NCBI GenBank assembly: GCA_976551045.1 | Contig: CDPCPM010000054.1 | Coordinates: forward strand, 38,068,001 to 38,132,000 | Length of the DNA: 64,000 nt | Reading direction: 5' to 3' | From: Glaucostegus cemiculus | Taxonomy: Eukaryota | Shown: positions 23,922-37,321 of the stretch, piece by piece | How positions within the stretch are numbered: position 1 is the stretch's first letter | Layout: each line of letters begins with the position of its first letter | The notes under the pieces: generated by a model | What the model saw: only the letters and a program-made list of their open reading frames with translations | What the model was told of the DNA's origin: nothing | The model's database searches: none | Made by a program: the position numbers and the translations under genes

Positions 23922-24609
23922 ACTGGTTTATGATTGTCACATGTACCAAGATACAGTAAAAAACTTTGTTCTGCATGCCATCAATACGGATCATTTCAAA
24001 ACTTAAGTACTTTGAGGGAGTACATGTGAAGAGCAATAACAGAATGCAAAGTATAGTGTAACAGTTACAGAGAAAGTGCATTGCAGGTAGACAATATGGT
24101 GCAAGGCGATAATGAGGTAGACTGTGAGAAAAGTTCATCTTTATCGTACAAAATGTCCCTTCAAGAGTCTTATAACAGCAGGATAGAAGCTGTCCTTGAG
24201 ACTAGTGGTGCATGTTTTCAAGCTTTTGTACCTTCTGTCTAATGGAAGGATGGAGAAGAGAGAATGACCTGGAAAGGAGGGGTCTTTGATTATATTGGCT
24301 GCTTTCCCAAGGCAGCAGGAAGTGTAAACAAATTCCGTGGAGGGGAGGCTGGTTTTTGTGATGGACTGAACTGCGTCCACAACTCTCAGCAATTTCTTGT
24401 CTTGGGCACAGCATTTGCCAAACAAAGCTGTAATGCATCTGGATAGGATGCCTTCTATGGTGCATCTATTAAAACTCATGAGGGTCAATGCAGACATGCC
24501 GAATTTCCTTAGCTTTTTGAGGAAGTAGAGGCGCTGATGTATTTTCTCGGCCATAGTGTCTACATGGTTGATCGAGGACAAACTATTGGTGATACTTTCA
24601 TCTAGGAAC
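23922..24609 (-). mobile_element. Rex1/Babar-type LINE 3' fragment
   Basis: ORF 24141..24638 RLYFLKKLRKFGMS...IIKDPSFPGHSLFSILP...SFYPAVIRLL is the C-terminal region typical of this clade. Confidence 0.85.
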
Positions 24610-26680
24610 AAAGGGACACGAGAAGGTCTTGGGCACATAAGAAGGCCTTGGCAAGCCGGGTTAAGGAAAACCCTAAGGTGTTCTGTACATATATGAGGAA
24701 CAAGAGGATGATTAGGATGAGGGTAGGACTGCTCAAGGATAAGTGGGGAAAATGTATCTGGGGGTGAAGGAGGTAGTGGAGGTCTTAAATGAATATTTTG
24801 CTGAAGTGTTCACCAGGGAGAGGGACTTAGATGAATGTGAGGTTAGCGTAGAACAGGCAAATGTGTTGGAACATGTCGAGGTTAAGAAGGAAGCAGGTTT
24901 GGAGCTACTAAAAATCATTAGGATAGTTAAGTTCCCGTAGTCGGACAGGATGTACCCCAGGTTACTATGGTAAGCAAGGGAAGGGATTGCTGGAGCATTA
25001 ACGATGATCCTTGAGTCCTCCCTGGCCACAGGAGTGGTACCAGAGGATTGGAAAATGGCAAATGTTCCATTGTTCAAGAAAGGTAAAAGGGATAATTGTG
25101 GGAATTATAGAACAGTGAGTCTTACATCAGTGGTGGGCAAACTATTGGAGAGGATTCTTGGGGACAGGACTTATGAACATTTGGAGAAGCATAGTCTTAT
25201 TAGGAATAATCAAAATGGCTTATGTGAATGGCAGGTCATGCCTTACGAGCCTAATAGAATCTTTTGAGGAAGAAACAAGACAAAGTGATGAAGGTGGTGT
25301 GGTGGATGTGGTAAATATGGATTTTAGCAAGGCATTTAACAAGGATCAAGGTTCCCCATGGTAGGCTCATCCAGAAAGTCATGAGGTATGGGATCTATGG
25401 AAAATTGGCTGTGTGGATTCAAAATTGGCTTGCCCACAGAAGGCAGAAGGTGGTTGTAGAAGGGGAGTATTCAATCTGGTGGTGGGTGTCCAGTGGTGTT
25501 CCACAGGGATCTATTATGGAACCCCTGCTCTCTGTGATTTTTATAAGTGATTTGGATGAGGAAGTGGAAGTATGGCTTGGTAAGTGTGCAGGTGACACGA
25601 AGGATGGTGGTGCAGTAGATCGTGAAGAAGGTTGTCTTAGGTTGCAATGGGATTTAGACAGAGCTGGGTGAAGAAGTGCCAGATAGATTTCAATCTGGAG
25701 AAGTGTGAAGTGATACACTTTGGAAGAATGAACTAAAAGGCAGAGTACATGGTTAATAGTAGGACTCTTAGCAGTGTGGAGGAACAGAGAAACCTTGGGG
25801 TCCAGGTACATTGATCCCTCAAAGTTACCGCACAAGTTAATGGGGCAGTTAAGAAGACGTATGGTGTGCTGGCCTTCATTAGCCGGGGGATTGAGTTCTA
25901 GAGCTGAGAGGTAATATTGCAGTTCTATAAGACTTTGGTTAGACCACACTTGGAATATTGTGTTCAGTTCTGGTCACCACATTATAGGAAGCACATGGAA
26001 ACTTTGGAGAGGGTGCAGAAGAGATTTACAAGGATGCTACTTGAGTTGGAGAACATGTATGAGGTTGAGCAAGTTAGGTCTTTTCTGTTTGGAGTGATGG
26101 AGGATGAGAGGAGACTTGATAGAAGTATATAAGATTATGAGAGGCATAGATAAGATAAGAAGATAAGATATATCTTTATTAGTCACATGTACATTGAAAA
26201 CATCTTTTGCATAGAGTGTTCTAGGGGCAGCTCACAAGTGTCGCCACACTTCCGGCGCCAATGTGGCATGCCCACAACTTCTTAACCTGTACGTCTTTGG
26301 AATGCGGGCACATCCGGAGGAAACCCATTCAGACACGGGGAAAACATACAAACACCTTACAGACAGCGGCCAGAATTCAACCTGGGTCTCTGGGGTCATA
26401 ATAGTGTTACTCTAACTGCTACACTACTGTGCCTGCCCTAGACAGAGAGGACAGCCAGCATCTATTCCCCAAGGTGGCAATGGCCAATACTTGATGTCAC
26501 CCATTTAAAATGTGTGGAGGAAAGTTCAGGGGAGATGTCAGAGGTAGGTTTGTTACACAGAGAGTGGTGGGTGCCTGGAATGCATCGCCAGAGGTGGTGG
26601 TGGAGGCTGATATGACAGGGTAATTTAAGAGACTATTGAATAGGTACATGGATGAAAGAAAAATGGAGAGTTACAAGTGA
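24610..26680 (+). mobile_element. CR1 LINE, 5'-truncated ORF2 with stops and frameshifts
   Basis: ORFs 25004 (VPEDWKMANVPLFKKG, NYRTVSLTS), 25158 (DFSKAFNK), 25381 (GVPQGS), 25917 (RPHLEYCVQFWSP). Confidence 0.95.
26150..26438 (-). mobile_element. V-SINE subfamily A nested in CR1
   Basis: (agata)n tail, tttattagtcacatgtaca, V-domain; possible TSD taga. Confidence 0.9.
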
Positions 26681-26682
26681 GG

Positions 26683-27385
26683 AACATACTGCAGCCACTG
26701 CACACTGGTGTGGAGGGAATGAATGCATAGGGTCGTTGTGGGGTGCTAATCAAGTGGTCTGCTTTGTCCTAGATGTTAGAACATAGAATAGTACAGCATA
26801 GAACAGGCCCTTCAGCCCACAATGTTGTGCCAACAGAGCTATTCCCTCCAACTTCAGAATGCCCATATCCCTCTAGTTCCCTTTCATTCATGTACTCATC
26901 CAAATCCCACTTAAAAGCCCACAATGAATTTGCCTCCACCACCCTATCAGGCAATGCATTCCAGGCATCTACCACTCTCTCAGTAAAAAACATACCCCTC
27001 ACGTCTGTTTGGAACCTACCCCCTCTCACCTTAAATGCATGTTGTTGAGCTTCTTGAGAGTTGTTAGCCTTGCACTCATCAAGGCCAGTGGAGAGTGGCA
27101 CACCATGCTCTTAACTTCTGCTCTGTAAATGGAGGATAGGCCTTGAGGTGTCAGATGAGTCACTCACTGCAGATAGACAGGCTCTGAATTGGTCTCATGG
27201 GCAGTCCAGTTAAATTTGTGGTCATTGATGATGTCCTACCACAACGTGCCCAGTACATTGATGGTGGGGGTCTTGGCAATGGATGTGCCATTGAATGTCA
27301 AGGATAGGTGATTAGACTCGCTGTTATCATCTGGCATTTCTGTGACATCAGGGTTATCCCAGGTACCAACCTGCCAATCACTTCA
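26683..27385 (-). mobile_element. Second divergent CR1/L2-type LINE fragment, interrupted by a CR1 tip
   Basis: gctttgtcctagatg...gagcttcttgag...gcactcatc is homologous to 48260-48560 and, in reverse, to 31000-31737. Confidence 0.7.
26778..27040 (-). mobile_element. CR1 3' end
   Basis: ORF 26769..27101 FFTERVVDAWNALPDRVVEA; gaacatagaa tail. Confidence 0.9.
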
Positions 27386-27958
27386 CCGAAGCCAGTTGGG
27401 CCTGTGATTGATAACCCTGGCCTATGGAGAGGAGTACCAGTCAGTACATTTAAGGTGCATGAGATTTCCAGGCCCCAGATTTCATTAACAAATCGGTTCC
27501 AGATTGTTGCACATTTAAGCCAGGAGGTAAAACAAAATTAAATTAAAAATGAACTGACAGCTTTATGCTTGTCCTAAAAATCCTCCCAATTAATGCCAGG
27601 ACACGCAGCTCAGCAACAGAATGTTATAATCCACACAAGCAATCTCAAATTGAAATATGCATTCAGACAACTTAATTCAATTTAGGGCTTAAGTGATCAG
27701 ACATAGTGATTTTTTTTTAAATGAGTATTTCAGGCTTGATCTAGTAGGCTTGTGGGCAAACTATCACCAACAACTAACTCGAAAATCCACAACAATCAAT
27801 GTACAGAAATGGAGTGCTGTGTTTCCAGTGTTGAAGTAAGGCTCAGGCTTGTTACAACTGGGTCAGTAGTATTTGTACTCTGAAATAAAAAATATAGGCT
27901 TGACTGAAATATCAGGGTGCTGGACTTTTCAGAAAGAACACTGGGGATGGGAAATATG

Positions 27959-28010
27959 GTGTGTGTGTGTGTGTGTGCGCGCGTGCGTGCGTGCGTGCGT
28001 GCGCGCGTAT
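27959..28010. repeat. Compound (GT)n(GC)n(GTGC)n microsatellite
   Basis: About 50 bp of uninterrupted purine-pyrimidine alternation. Confidence 0.95.
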
Positions 28011-28121
28011 TGTAGTTTGCTTCTGAAATTCAATTACAATGCAATCTCTGTCACAGAATTTTGAATGTAATGTACAGCGTGCATACATTACTCAATTATG
28101 CATTCATCACATGCAACCTTT

Positions 28122-29000
28122 ATAGATTTCATAGATTTTCCATCACTTTCATAGATTTATACAGCATGGAAGCAAGCCCTTCGGCCCAACTCATCCATAC
28201 TGACCAAGCTGTCCTATCTCAGCCAATCCCATTTGCCTGTGTTTGGCCCATATCCTTATAAACCTTTCCTGTCCATGTACCTGTCCAAAGGTTTTTTGAA
28301 CAGTATAATTGTACCACATCTACCACTTCCACTGGCAGCTCATTCCATATACCCATCACTCTCTGGGTGAAAGACTTGCTGCTCAGATCCCCTTTAAGTC
28401 TTTCCCCTTTCATCTTAAACCTTTACGCTGCAGTTTTAGACTCCTCCACCCTGGGTAAAATACTGTGACTATCTGCTCTACCTACGCCCCTCATAGTTTT
28501 ATAAACCTCTGAGCGTCACCTCTCAGTCTCCTTCACTCCAGGGAAAACACTCTCAGACTATCCACTCTCTCCTTATCGCTCAAGCCCACTTGTCCTGGCA
28601 ACATTCTTGTGATTTTTTTTTCTGCACCCTCTCCAGCTTAATTACATCCTTCCTACAGAATGGAGGCCAGAACTGCACACAATATTCCTAGTGCGGTTTT
28701 CTCCAACATCTTGTAAAGCTGTAAAATGTGGCATCCAGCTCTTGTGCTTAATGCCCCAACCAATGAAGGCAAGCACGCCATCTGCCTGTTCACCATCCTG
28801 TCTACCTGTGTTACAACTTTCAGGGAATGATGTACCTGTATCCCTCGGTCTCTCTGTACAACAACACCCTGCCATTTACTGTACAAAGTCCTGCCCTGGA
28901 TTAATTTCCCAAAATTTATCACTTCACACTTGTCTCAGTTAAATTCCATCTGTCTTTCCTTTGCACACTTTTCCGTTTGATCTATATCCCATTGTAAATT
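28122..29000 (-). mobile_element. CR1 3' fragment
   Basis: ORFs 28219..28413 and 28653..28922 are CR1-like; CR1 tail. Confidence 0.9.
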
Positions 29001-30024
29001 TATGTTGGTAAGCCATCGGTAAATTTCTACCCTGCATTATTTGGAAGCTAAACTGTCCCAGAATGCTTTTGGTGGAGGAGGAGACAATTTGGCTCATCAT
29101 CCATTCCAGCAAAGCTCATTCTAGTTTTAGCTGGGAATGGACAGGGTAATGGGATTGTGCTCAAGACATCCATCCACCTGATGGGGCAGATGGATATTGG
29201 AGTCACATTTGTACTTCAAGTTGGAGCCCTGTAACGTTGGGTGTGAGAGCTTTTTGCTGCCATGATGAAATCTCTGGTTTCGGTTAGCTTCCACTGGTCC
29301 TCATCATATCAACAGGAAGTGGGTTGGGTCCTTTTTGCAGCAAGTAAATTTGCCACAAGTGGGATAAGTAAACTAAGTAAGTTAGACATTTGGTCATCAA
29401 TTCAGATTTTTGGCCTGGTAAATTGAGCCATATTAGGTCCGAATCTAGAGATCACTGGGTTACCTTGGTTACAGAGACAGGGCAAGAGACATGAAGATAA
29501 GGGTAGGTTTTAAGGAAGGTCTTAAGGAAGGTTAGAAAAAGATAAATATTGAGGGTATTTATGCTGAAACAAATTGCAGTATTTCATCAACCTAACATTA
29601 AATCTAACTTTTGAAATTCAGTTGCTTCCTTTGATAATTTGGATCCATATGTTTTACATGAGCCTGTTTCCACAGACTCCCACATCCTCAAACAGATATC
29701 CAGTTACTTACAATTTCTGTCTCCAATGCCTCCGAGGCAGCACATTCCACATGTTCACAAAACTCTGAGTGAAGTTAATTTAATTTGTCTGTTAACTTTT
29801 CATCTGCTACTTGGACATGTTAATTCTTCACCTAGAATATGCGGCAATGTTAAAAATATTGTTCAAGGTTTGGATTACTCAGAGATCACAGTAAAAAGTC
29901 TTTGGTTTGTCTACCATTGCATGACTGCCTGGGATGTGGCATTATTTCCAATATCACAGAATGAAACAGCAAACTAAACACATCTGAACTGAAGTTACTG
30001 TTATATAACCGGAAGTGGCCACTT

Positions 30025-30900
30025 TCATTGGCCGTGGCACAGAATATAAGACCAGTGATGTCATGTTGCAGCATTATGAAACATTGGTCAGGTCACACCT
30101 GGAGGACTTGGTTCTGGTCACCAAATAACATGAGGGATGTGATTGCAATGGAGAGGGTACAGAGTAAGTTGTGGGCGGCACGATAGCACGTGGGCGGCAC
30201 AATAGCGTAGCGGTTAGTGTGACGCTGTTACAGCGCCACCGATCGGGGTTCAATTCTCATCGCTGACTGTAAGGAGTTTGTATGTTCTCCCGTGTCTGCG
30301 TGGGTCTCCTCCGGGTGCCCCAGTTTCCTCCCACGTTCTAAAAGACGTATGGGTAGGTTAATTTGGGGGTTTAAAAAATGGGCAGAGTGGACTTGTTGGG
30401 CCAAAAGGGCCTGTTACCACGCTGTAAATAAATAAATAAATAAATAGATAAATAAAATCACCAGAATGTTGCTTGGATTGGAACATTACATTCTTAAGAA
30501 GAGACTAGGTAGGCTAGGTTTGTTTCCCCTGGAGCAGAGGAGGCTGAAGGGTGAATAGAGGCAGACAAAATTATGAGGGAGTTAGTTTGGGTAAATATTT
30601 CCCATGGTGGGTTGTCTGAGACAAGAGGGAATAGGTTTAAAGTGTGAGGTAGGAGGTTTAGAGGGAGGCTGAGAGGGAAATATTTCAGCAAGAACATGGT
30701 TGCAATCTGGAGCACACTAGTTGGGGAGGTGGTAGAGGCAAGTACTCCTTTTAAAAAAACATCTGGACATGTAGTTGAATTGCCAAGGCATAAAAGGTTG
30801 TGGACCTAAAGCAGGTAAGTGGAATCAGTGTAGATTGGGGTAACTGGTGGCATAGACATACTGGGCCAAAGGACTTGTTTCTTTGTTGTACAAACTCTGT
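30025..30900 (+). mobile_element. CR1 3' fragment interrupted by a SINE
   Basis: ggtcaggtcacacctggag...gagagggtacagag | tcaccagaatgttgcttggattgg...gggccaaaggacttgtttc. Confidence 0.85.
30171..30457 (+). mobile_element. V-SINE subfamily B with duplicated 5' end
   Basis: gtgggcggcac(g/a)atagc occurs twice; V-domain; gggccaaaagggcctgttaccacgctg(taaa)n. Confidence 0.92.
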
Positions 30901-30999
30901 GGATTAGTGTAAAATTAGGGCAAATGGGTACTTGACGGTTGGTGTGGACTCACAGGTCAAAAGGACGTTTCTGTGCTGTATGCTTCTCTGACTCTAATA

Positions 31000-31737
31000 G
31001 TAAGTCACAGACTGATAAGTGCCAGGTAATACTTGTCACAAAGGTGGAACACAATGGCAATCTCAAAAAAAAACACATAGCCTCCTAACCTTGACATTCC
31101 ATGGCATTACTGCCACTGAACCTTACTACCATCATCACCCTGAAGGTCACCATTGACCAGAAGCTTAACTAGACCAGATGCATAAATACCATGATTACAA
31201 AAGCTATTCAGAAGTTGGGTATCCTGAAGTGACTGACTCCCCTCTTGACACTTCAAAGCCTTTCTATCATCTCCGAGTCACCAGAGTGTGATGGAATACC
31301 CTCCCTTTATGAATACAGATACAATTACTCTCAAGCTCAACACCATCCAGGATGAAGCAGCCTGTTTGATTAGTATCCCATCATCACCCTCAAAGTTTGT
31401 TCCCTCTACCACCCATGCACAGTGGGTCAGTGTGTATCATCTACAAAATGCACTGCAGTTATCAAACAGCATCCCAAACCTATGACCTCTCCCACCAAGA
31501 AGGACAAGGGCAGTGGGTGTAGGGGAAAACCACCATCTGCACCTTTCCTCCCAATTGACACAGCATCCGGGTAGATATATATCCTTAGTCCTTTATCATC
31601 ACCAGATCTATATCCTGGAACTCCCTGCCCAACAGTGGTCCAAGGAGGCAGTTAACCAGCATCTTCTCAAAGGTCATTAGAACTGGGTGATAAATGATGG
31701 CCCTGCAGTAATGCCCAGAATCTTTAATGTGAATAAA
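31000..31737 (+). mobile_element. Second divergent CR1/L2-type LINE, 3' fragment
   Basis: ORF 31288 MEY...KLNTIQDEAACLI; reverse complement of the family at 47995-48975. Confidence 0.75.
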
Positions 31738-32904
31738 GGTCAACTAATTTAAAGTACTTGGATTCTCAGCATCATTTCTATGAAGCTGTCAATATTTGTG
31801 AGGAATAAACAGAGCCACTGGTGGTATAATTCTGTCAAAGGAGGTACCAATGCCAGAAAAGATACATAGTTTTGCTTGCGATCCATTTCACAAAGAATTG
31901 TCAGGGGTTACAGTGTCAGTGGGAGACAATAACTTATGCAGAAGTCTTTTGATCTTAGCATAATATAAAATGGAGCAGCTCCATTTCTACTGTTCCTGGT
32001 GATTCACTATTTTAACACCATTGCCATAACTGGGAGAGGGATAAGCCCCAAAGATGTATTAATTTGCTTGCACCTGGAACAACAGCCACCCCATCCTCTT
32101 GGCCTCACTGAACAAAACCTTTCAACTCAACCTCAGATGCACTTGCTGGTTTTCAGACTGCTATTCCTGGCAGGTTAAAATAACACTGGGCACAATGTAC
32201 ATCATAAATCATTGAATAATCCTGGCCTTCAGAGAGACAGCTGAGCACAATTCTTCTCTGCCTCTACCAACTTCAAGACCGGAGATCGAATCAGCCCTGT
32301 TGGCTCAATAAGTTCCAGATGGTCAAAACCATTTTAGACAAGGATACATGACACAGATCCTCTGATGTCATCAACACAAACTGACAAAGATCGAGTTATT
32401 TCAAAAAGAAAATGCAAAGACTCTTGAGTGTGCTCGGAATGAGAATGTGCCACAGGAACAGTAGGGGTTGAAGAGGATGAATCACTCACGATTGCTCATT
32501 CTCAGCATGATGCCAACATCTCAATATTAACTGAATTCTTGGGCTAATTTCCTTCATGCGATAGAACTTGGTGCCTTGGGGCTTTGGGACCAGACATGCT
32601 CACATGATGTTGCTGCTCTGCGAAAAACCAGAAGCCTTAAAAATATAATGACATGGAAGCTGCTTTCATTCTGCCCTCACGTGGTCGATTCAACCTCCTG
32701 CTTCAGAGTTGGTTAACAATTGCCTCTTCGATTAAAAACATGAGGATCGATTTTCTGCTGTCAGTGGGAAGGAGGGCAATTGCAAGGGTCCCATTTGCCA
32801 GTTCAGCCTGAGTCTAATGGCACTGCATTCCAAGGTTAGATTATTTTACATATATACTCGGCATCATTGTTTAGTTTGTGCCAATAGATAGAAGCTCACT
32901 GAAT

Positions 32905-33345
32905 CTGGCTATCTAGGCAGGGAATCTATAAGGAGAGTAAAACAAACTTGGGTTGTTTTTTCTGAAGTGTCGGAGGCTGAGGTGACACCTAATCAAAGTT
33001 TATAAAATTATGAGAGGCATAGATAATGTAGACAGTCAGAATCTTTTTTCCAGAGTAGAAATGTCAAATACTAGAGGACATGGGTTTAGGGTGAGGGGGG
33101 GGAAGTTTAAAGGAGGTGCCTGGGACAATTTTTTTTTACAGAGAATGGTAAGTGCCTGGAACACATTGCCAGGGTAGTGGTGGAAGCAGATACAATAATG
33201 ATGTTTAAGAGGTTTGTAGGTAGGCACATGAATATGCACAGAATGAAGGAATATAGATCATGTGCAGGTGGAAGAGATTTAGTTTAATTTGACATCATGT
33301 TTGGCACAGACATCATGGACCTGTACTGTGTTGTACTGTTTTCTG
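32905..33345 (+). mobile_element. CR1 3' fragment
   Basis: tataaaattatgagaggcatagat...tgcctggaacacattgccagg; CR1 tail. Confidence 0.85.
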
Positions 33346-36292
33346 TAGATAGAGAGGCTTTGCGGAAGGAGAAGCAGAGTACAGGCTATAAAAGTAGTAA
33401 AGTGGATGGACTAAAGTGTGTTTACTTTAATGTGAGAAGCATCAGGAAAAAGGGAGATGAACTGAGGGCTTGGTTAAGTATGGGGGACTATGATATTGTG
33501 GCTATTACTGAGACATGGTTGACGTCAGGGCAAGAATGGATATTGAACATTCCTGGCTTTCAGTGTTTTAAAAGGGATGGGGGGGGGGGGAGAAGTGGAG
33601 GAGGGGTGGTGATATTGGTCAGAGACGCTGTTACGGCTGCGGAAAGGGTGGATTTTGCAGAAAGATCCTCTCTAGAGTCAGTATGGGTGGAAGTGAGGAA
33701 CAAGAAAGGAGCGGTTACACTACTGGGAGTATACTATAGGCCCCCGGTAGCAGTAGAGATATAGAGGAGCAGATTGGCAGGCAGTGTTTGGACAGAAGCA
33801 AAAATAATAGGGTTGTTATAATGGGAGATTTCAACTTCCCAGATATAGACTGGGACATGCTTAGTACCAAAGGTTTAGAAGGGAACGAGTTTGTTAAATG
33901 TGTCCAGGATAGATTCCTGATGCAATATGTTGACAGGCCGACTAGAGGGTATGCCATGTTGGATCCAGTTTTAGGAAATAAACCAGGACAGGTGAGGGAT
34001 CTACTGGTGCGTGGACATTTGGGGGACAGTGATCATTGCTCCATAACCTTTAGAATTATCATTCACAGGGATGGGTGCAGAGAGGACAGGAAGATATTTA
34101 ATTGGGGAAGGGCGGACTATGAGGCTATAAGGAGAGAACTGGAGTGTAAATCGGTAAGTCCTTTTTGAAGGGAAATGTACTATGGAGATGTGGACGATGT
34201 TCAGGGATCTTTTACAGGATGCTAGGGATAAATATGTCTCAGCGAGGCAGAGAAGGAATGGCAGGGTGAAGGAACCGTGGGTGACGAGAGAGGTGGAATG
34301 ACTGGTTAGGAGGTAGAAGGCGGCGTACATAAGGTGTAAGCAGCAAGGCTCAGACAGGGCCCATGAGGAATATAGTGTAGCAAAGAAGGAACTTAAGAAA
34401 GGGCTGAGGAGAGCTAGAAGGGGACATGAATAGGCGTTGGCTAGTAGGGTTAAGGAAAATCTCAAGGCTTTTTTCTCGTATGTGAAGGACAGAAGGATGG
34501 CTAGGGTGAAGGTAGGTCCGATTAAAGACAAAGGTGGGAGGATGTGCCTGGTGGCGGCGGAAGTGGGAGAGGTTCAAAATGAATACTTCTCTTCGGTATT
34601 CACCAAGGAGAGGGGTCTTGATGACATGGTAGAGAGTGCTGGTAAGAGTAATGTTCTCGAGTATGTAGATATCAAGAGGGAGGATGTGTTGAAGTTGTTA
34701 AATAATATCAAGACAGATAAGTCTCAGGGGCCTGACAGTATATTCCCCAGGCTGCTTCGAGAGGCGAGGGAGAGATTGTTGATCCACTGGTGAGGATCTT
34801 TGAGTCCTCGTTGTCCACAGGGATGGTACCGGAGGATTGGAGGGTGGCGAATGTTGTCCCCTTGTTCAAGAAAGGTAGTAGGGATAGTCCAGGGAATTAC
34901 AGACTGGTGAGTCTCACGTCTGTGGTGGGTAAGCTGTCAGAAAGGATTCTAAGGGACAGGATCTATGAACACCTGGAGAGTCATGGACTGATTAGGGACA
35001 GTCAGCATGGCTTTGTGAAGGGAAGATCCTGCCTCACGAGCCTCAAATTCTTTGAGGAGGTGACGAGGAAGATTGATGAGGGCAGTACGGTGGATGTGGT
35101 CTATGTGGATTTTAGTAAGGCATTCGATAAGGTTCCTCATGGAAGGCTTCTTCAAAAGGTTAGAGGTCAAGGGATCCAGGGAAGATTGGCTGTGTGGATC
35201 AGGAATTGGCTTGCCTGTAGAAAGCAGAGGGTTGTGGTGGAGGGAGTGCCCTCAGATTGGAGGGCTGTGACTAGTGGTGTCCCGCAGGGATCAGTTCTGG
35301 GACCTCTACTCTTTGTTATATTTATAGATGACTTAGATGAAGGGATGGAAGGATGGGTTAGTAAGTTTGCGGATAACACCAAGATTGGCGGTGTAGTGGA
35401 TAGTGTGGAGGGCCATCGGAGCTTACAGAGGGATATTGATAGGATGCAGAGCTGGTCGGACAAGTGGCAGATGGAGTTTAATCCAGTGAAGTGTGAGGTG
35501 TTGCACTTTGGTAGGACAAACTCCAGGGCAGCGTACAAGGTAAAGGTCAAGGTACTTGGCAGTATAGAGGAGCAGATGGATCTGGGGGTTCATATCCACA
35601 ATTCACTCAAAGTTGCCTTGCAGGTGGATAGGGCAGTTAAGAAGGCCTATGGGATGTTAGCTTTTATAAATCGTGGGATTGAATTTGAGAGCCGCGAAGT
35701 GGTAATGCAGCTTTACAAAACTCTAGTAAGACTTCACTTAGAGTGCTGTGTTCAGTTCTGGTTGCCGCATTATAGGAAGGATGTGGAGGCGTTGGAGAGG
35801 GTACAGAGGCGATTTACCAGGATGATGCCTGGATTAGAGTGTATGGAATATAAGGAGAGGCTTAAGGAGCTAGGGCTTTACTTATTGGAGAGGAGGAGGA
35901 TGAGAGGAGACTTGATAGAGGTGTATAAAATTTTGAGAGGAATAGATAGAGTTGACAGCCAGTGCCTCTTTCCCAGGGCACAGATGCTCAAGACGAGAGG
36001 GCATGGCTTTAAGATATTGGGTGGAAAGTTTAGGTGAGATGTCAGAGGGAGGTTTTTCACCCAGAGAGTGATTGGTGCATGGAATGTGCTGCTTGGGGTG
36101 GTGGTGGAGGCAGATATGTTGGACAGGTTCACGAGATTGTTGGATAGGCATATGGAGGAATGTGGGATAGAGGGATACGTGGGAGGAAAGAGTTAGCTCG
36201 TGTGAGGTTTGATGGATGGCACAACACGGTGGGCTGAAGGGCCTGTATTATGCTGCAGTGTTCTATGGTTTTTGGTTATGTTCTATGTTCTA
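33345..36292 (+). mobile_element. Young CR1 LINE with near-complete but disabled ORF2 (APE endonuclease + RT) and 3' UTR
   Basis: APE motifs YFNVRSI, VAITETW, GVYYRPP, IMGDFNFP, LGDSDH; RT motifs DFSKAFDKV, GVPQGSVLGP, KFADNTK; (ttctatg)-like tail. Confidence 0.97.
33400..36037 (+). pseudogene. CR1 ORF2 pseudogene
   Basis: Split over ORFs 33297, 33788, 34437 and 34790 by frameshifts; in-frame TGA at 34299 and nearby TAG stops; catalytic FADD reads FADN. Confidence 0.92.
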
Positions 36293-37321
36293 ATAAACCG
36301 GTCGCCTAACAGTGAAAGGGAACACACAATGCTGGACCTATTGACAGAAAATTTATTTAAGCCTTTTGTTAAAGTGCAAATCATTTCAAAATATTTACCA
36401 GCCATATGATGATGTTACTGGGGGACCAAGGAACAGTCTATGATATTCAGTAGGAAGGCAGAGTGCAGCAGGAGCAACTGGGAAACTGGTGGCATCACAG
36501 CCAAGTATGAAGACTGGGTGGAGGTCCTCTTGTATGGAATGGGTGTGATCTGCCTCATAGGCCAGTCATATGTATATTGCAGGTGGTTTCAGCAGGAAAC
36601 CAAATGGCCACTGGGAGTTCAACATGTGGGAAAGTTACTTTGGGTAAAAGGCAGGAGGTCTTGCCACTGGTGTAAGAGAGGCACAGGATCTTTGAATGCT
36701 TAATGCTTTGAGTGCCACAGAAGAAGGCTTATTGCAAATATGTGAAAATCCCTAAAGGAGATATCTGCTGGCAAACGCAGAAGTCCCCATTTTCCTCAGA
36801 TCCAAGAGCACAAAGACATAGAACTCTTCCTTTGAGGTACCATCTGTGCACTGAAGCCAGAGACTGAAGATTTGGAGAGAAGCACATTGAATGAAATGGG
36901 AACTGTCCATTGCAGGGAATCACAGCACTGGACAGTGAAGAGATTCAGGAGCTGTAGGTACACTGACCTGCACAAATAGACCACTGGTCAGGTGGACTTG
37001 TGAGGGACCAGGAAGTCTACAGCCCACAGGCACAATCAGACCAGGGTCACTGGGCATGGAGAAAGACAATTTGATGACTATTTTTCCACTATCTGAGAAA
37101 ATCAGAGAAAGTACAATTTGGGAGCCCAGTGAAGACAGGGAGCTCTCTCCTTAGACATTGGTGCAGTGATTGAGATACTGGTGGTGATGTACCAGCACCA
37201 TTGCAGATGGAGTTTGAGAAAAGGCCATTGGGAAATGAAGGTGAAGCTTGGGGTAAAGGCGAGCTGAGCAGCTAAATACAAGATCCTTCCTGAGAGGATG
37301 TCAGAAACGGCCAATTCAAAT

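Noticed and set aside
24141-24638. 165-aa ORF as a host gene (this domain is often labelled DUF1891/ALKBH8 N-terminal-like)
   Set aside because: Three dispersed, truncated copies with retroposon tails indicate the C-terminus of a Rex1/Babar LINE.
25419-25949. Long antisense ORFs over CR1 copies (also 34001, 35167, 43900, 44259)
   Set aside because: They are shadow frames of CR1 ORF2, with no independent evidence of coding function.
34790-36037. 415-aa RT ORF as a functional gene or a retron/DGR/defence-type system
   Set aside because: It is the distal part of a frameshifted CR1 ORF2, has FADN in place of the catalytic FADD, and ends prematurely.
36400-37300. Purine-rich stretch with several short ORFs
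   Set aside because: There is no coherent frame or recognisable motif; it may be an old repeat but could not be classified.
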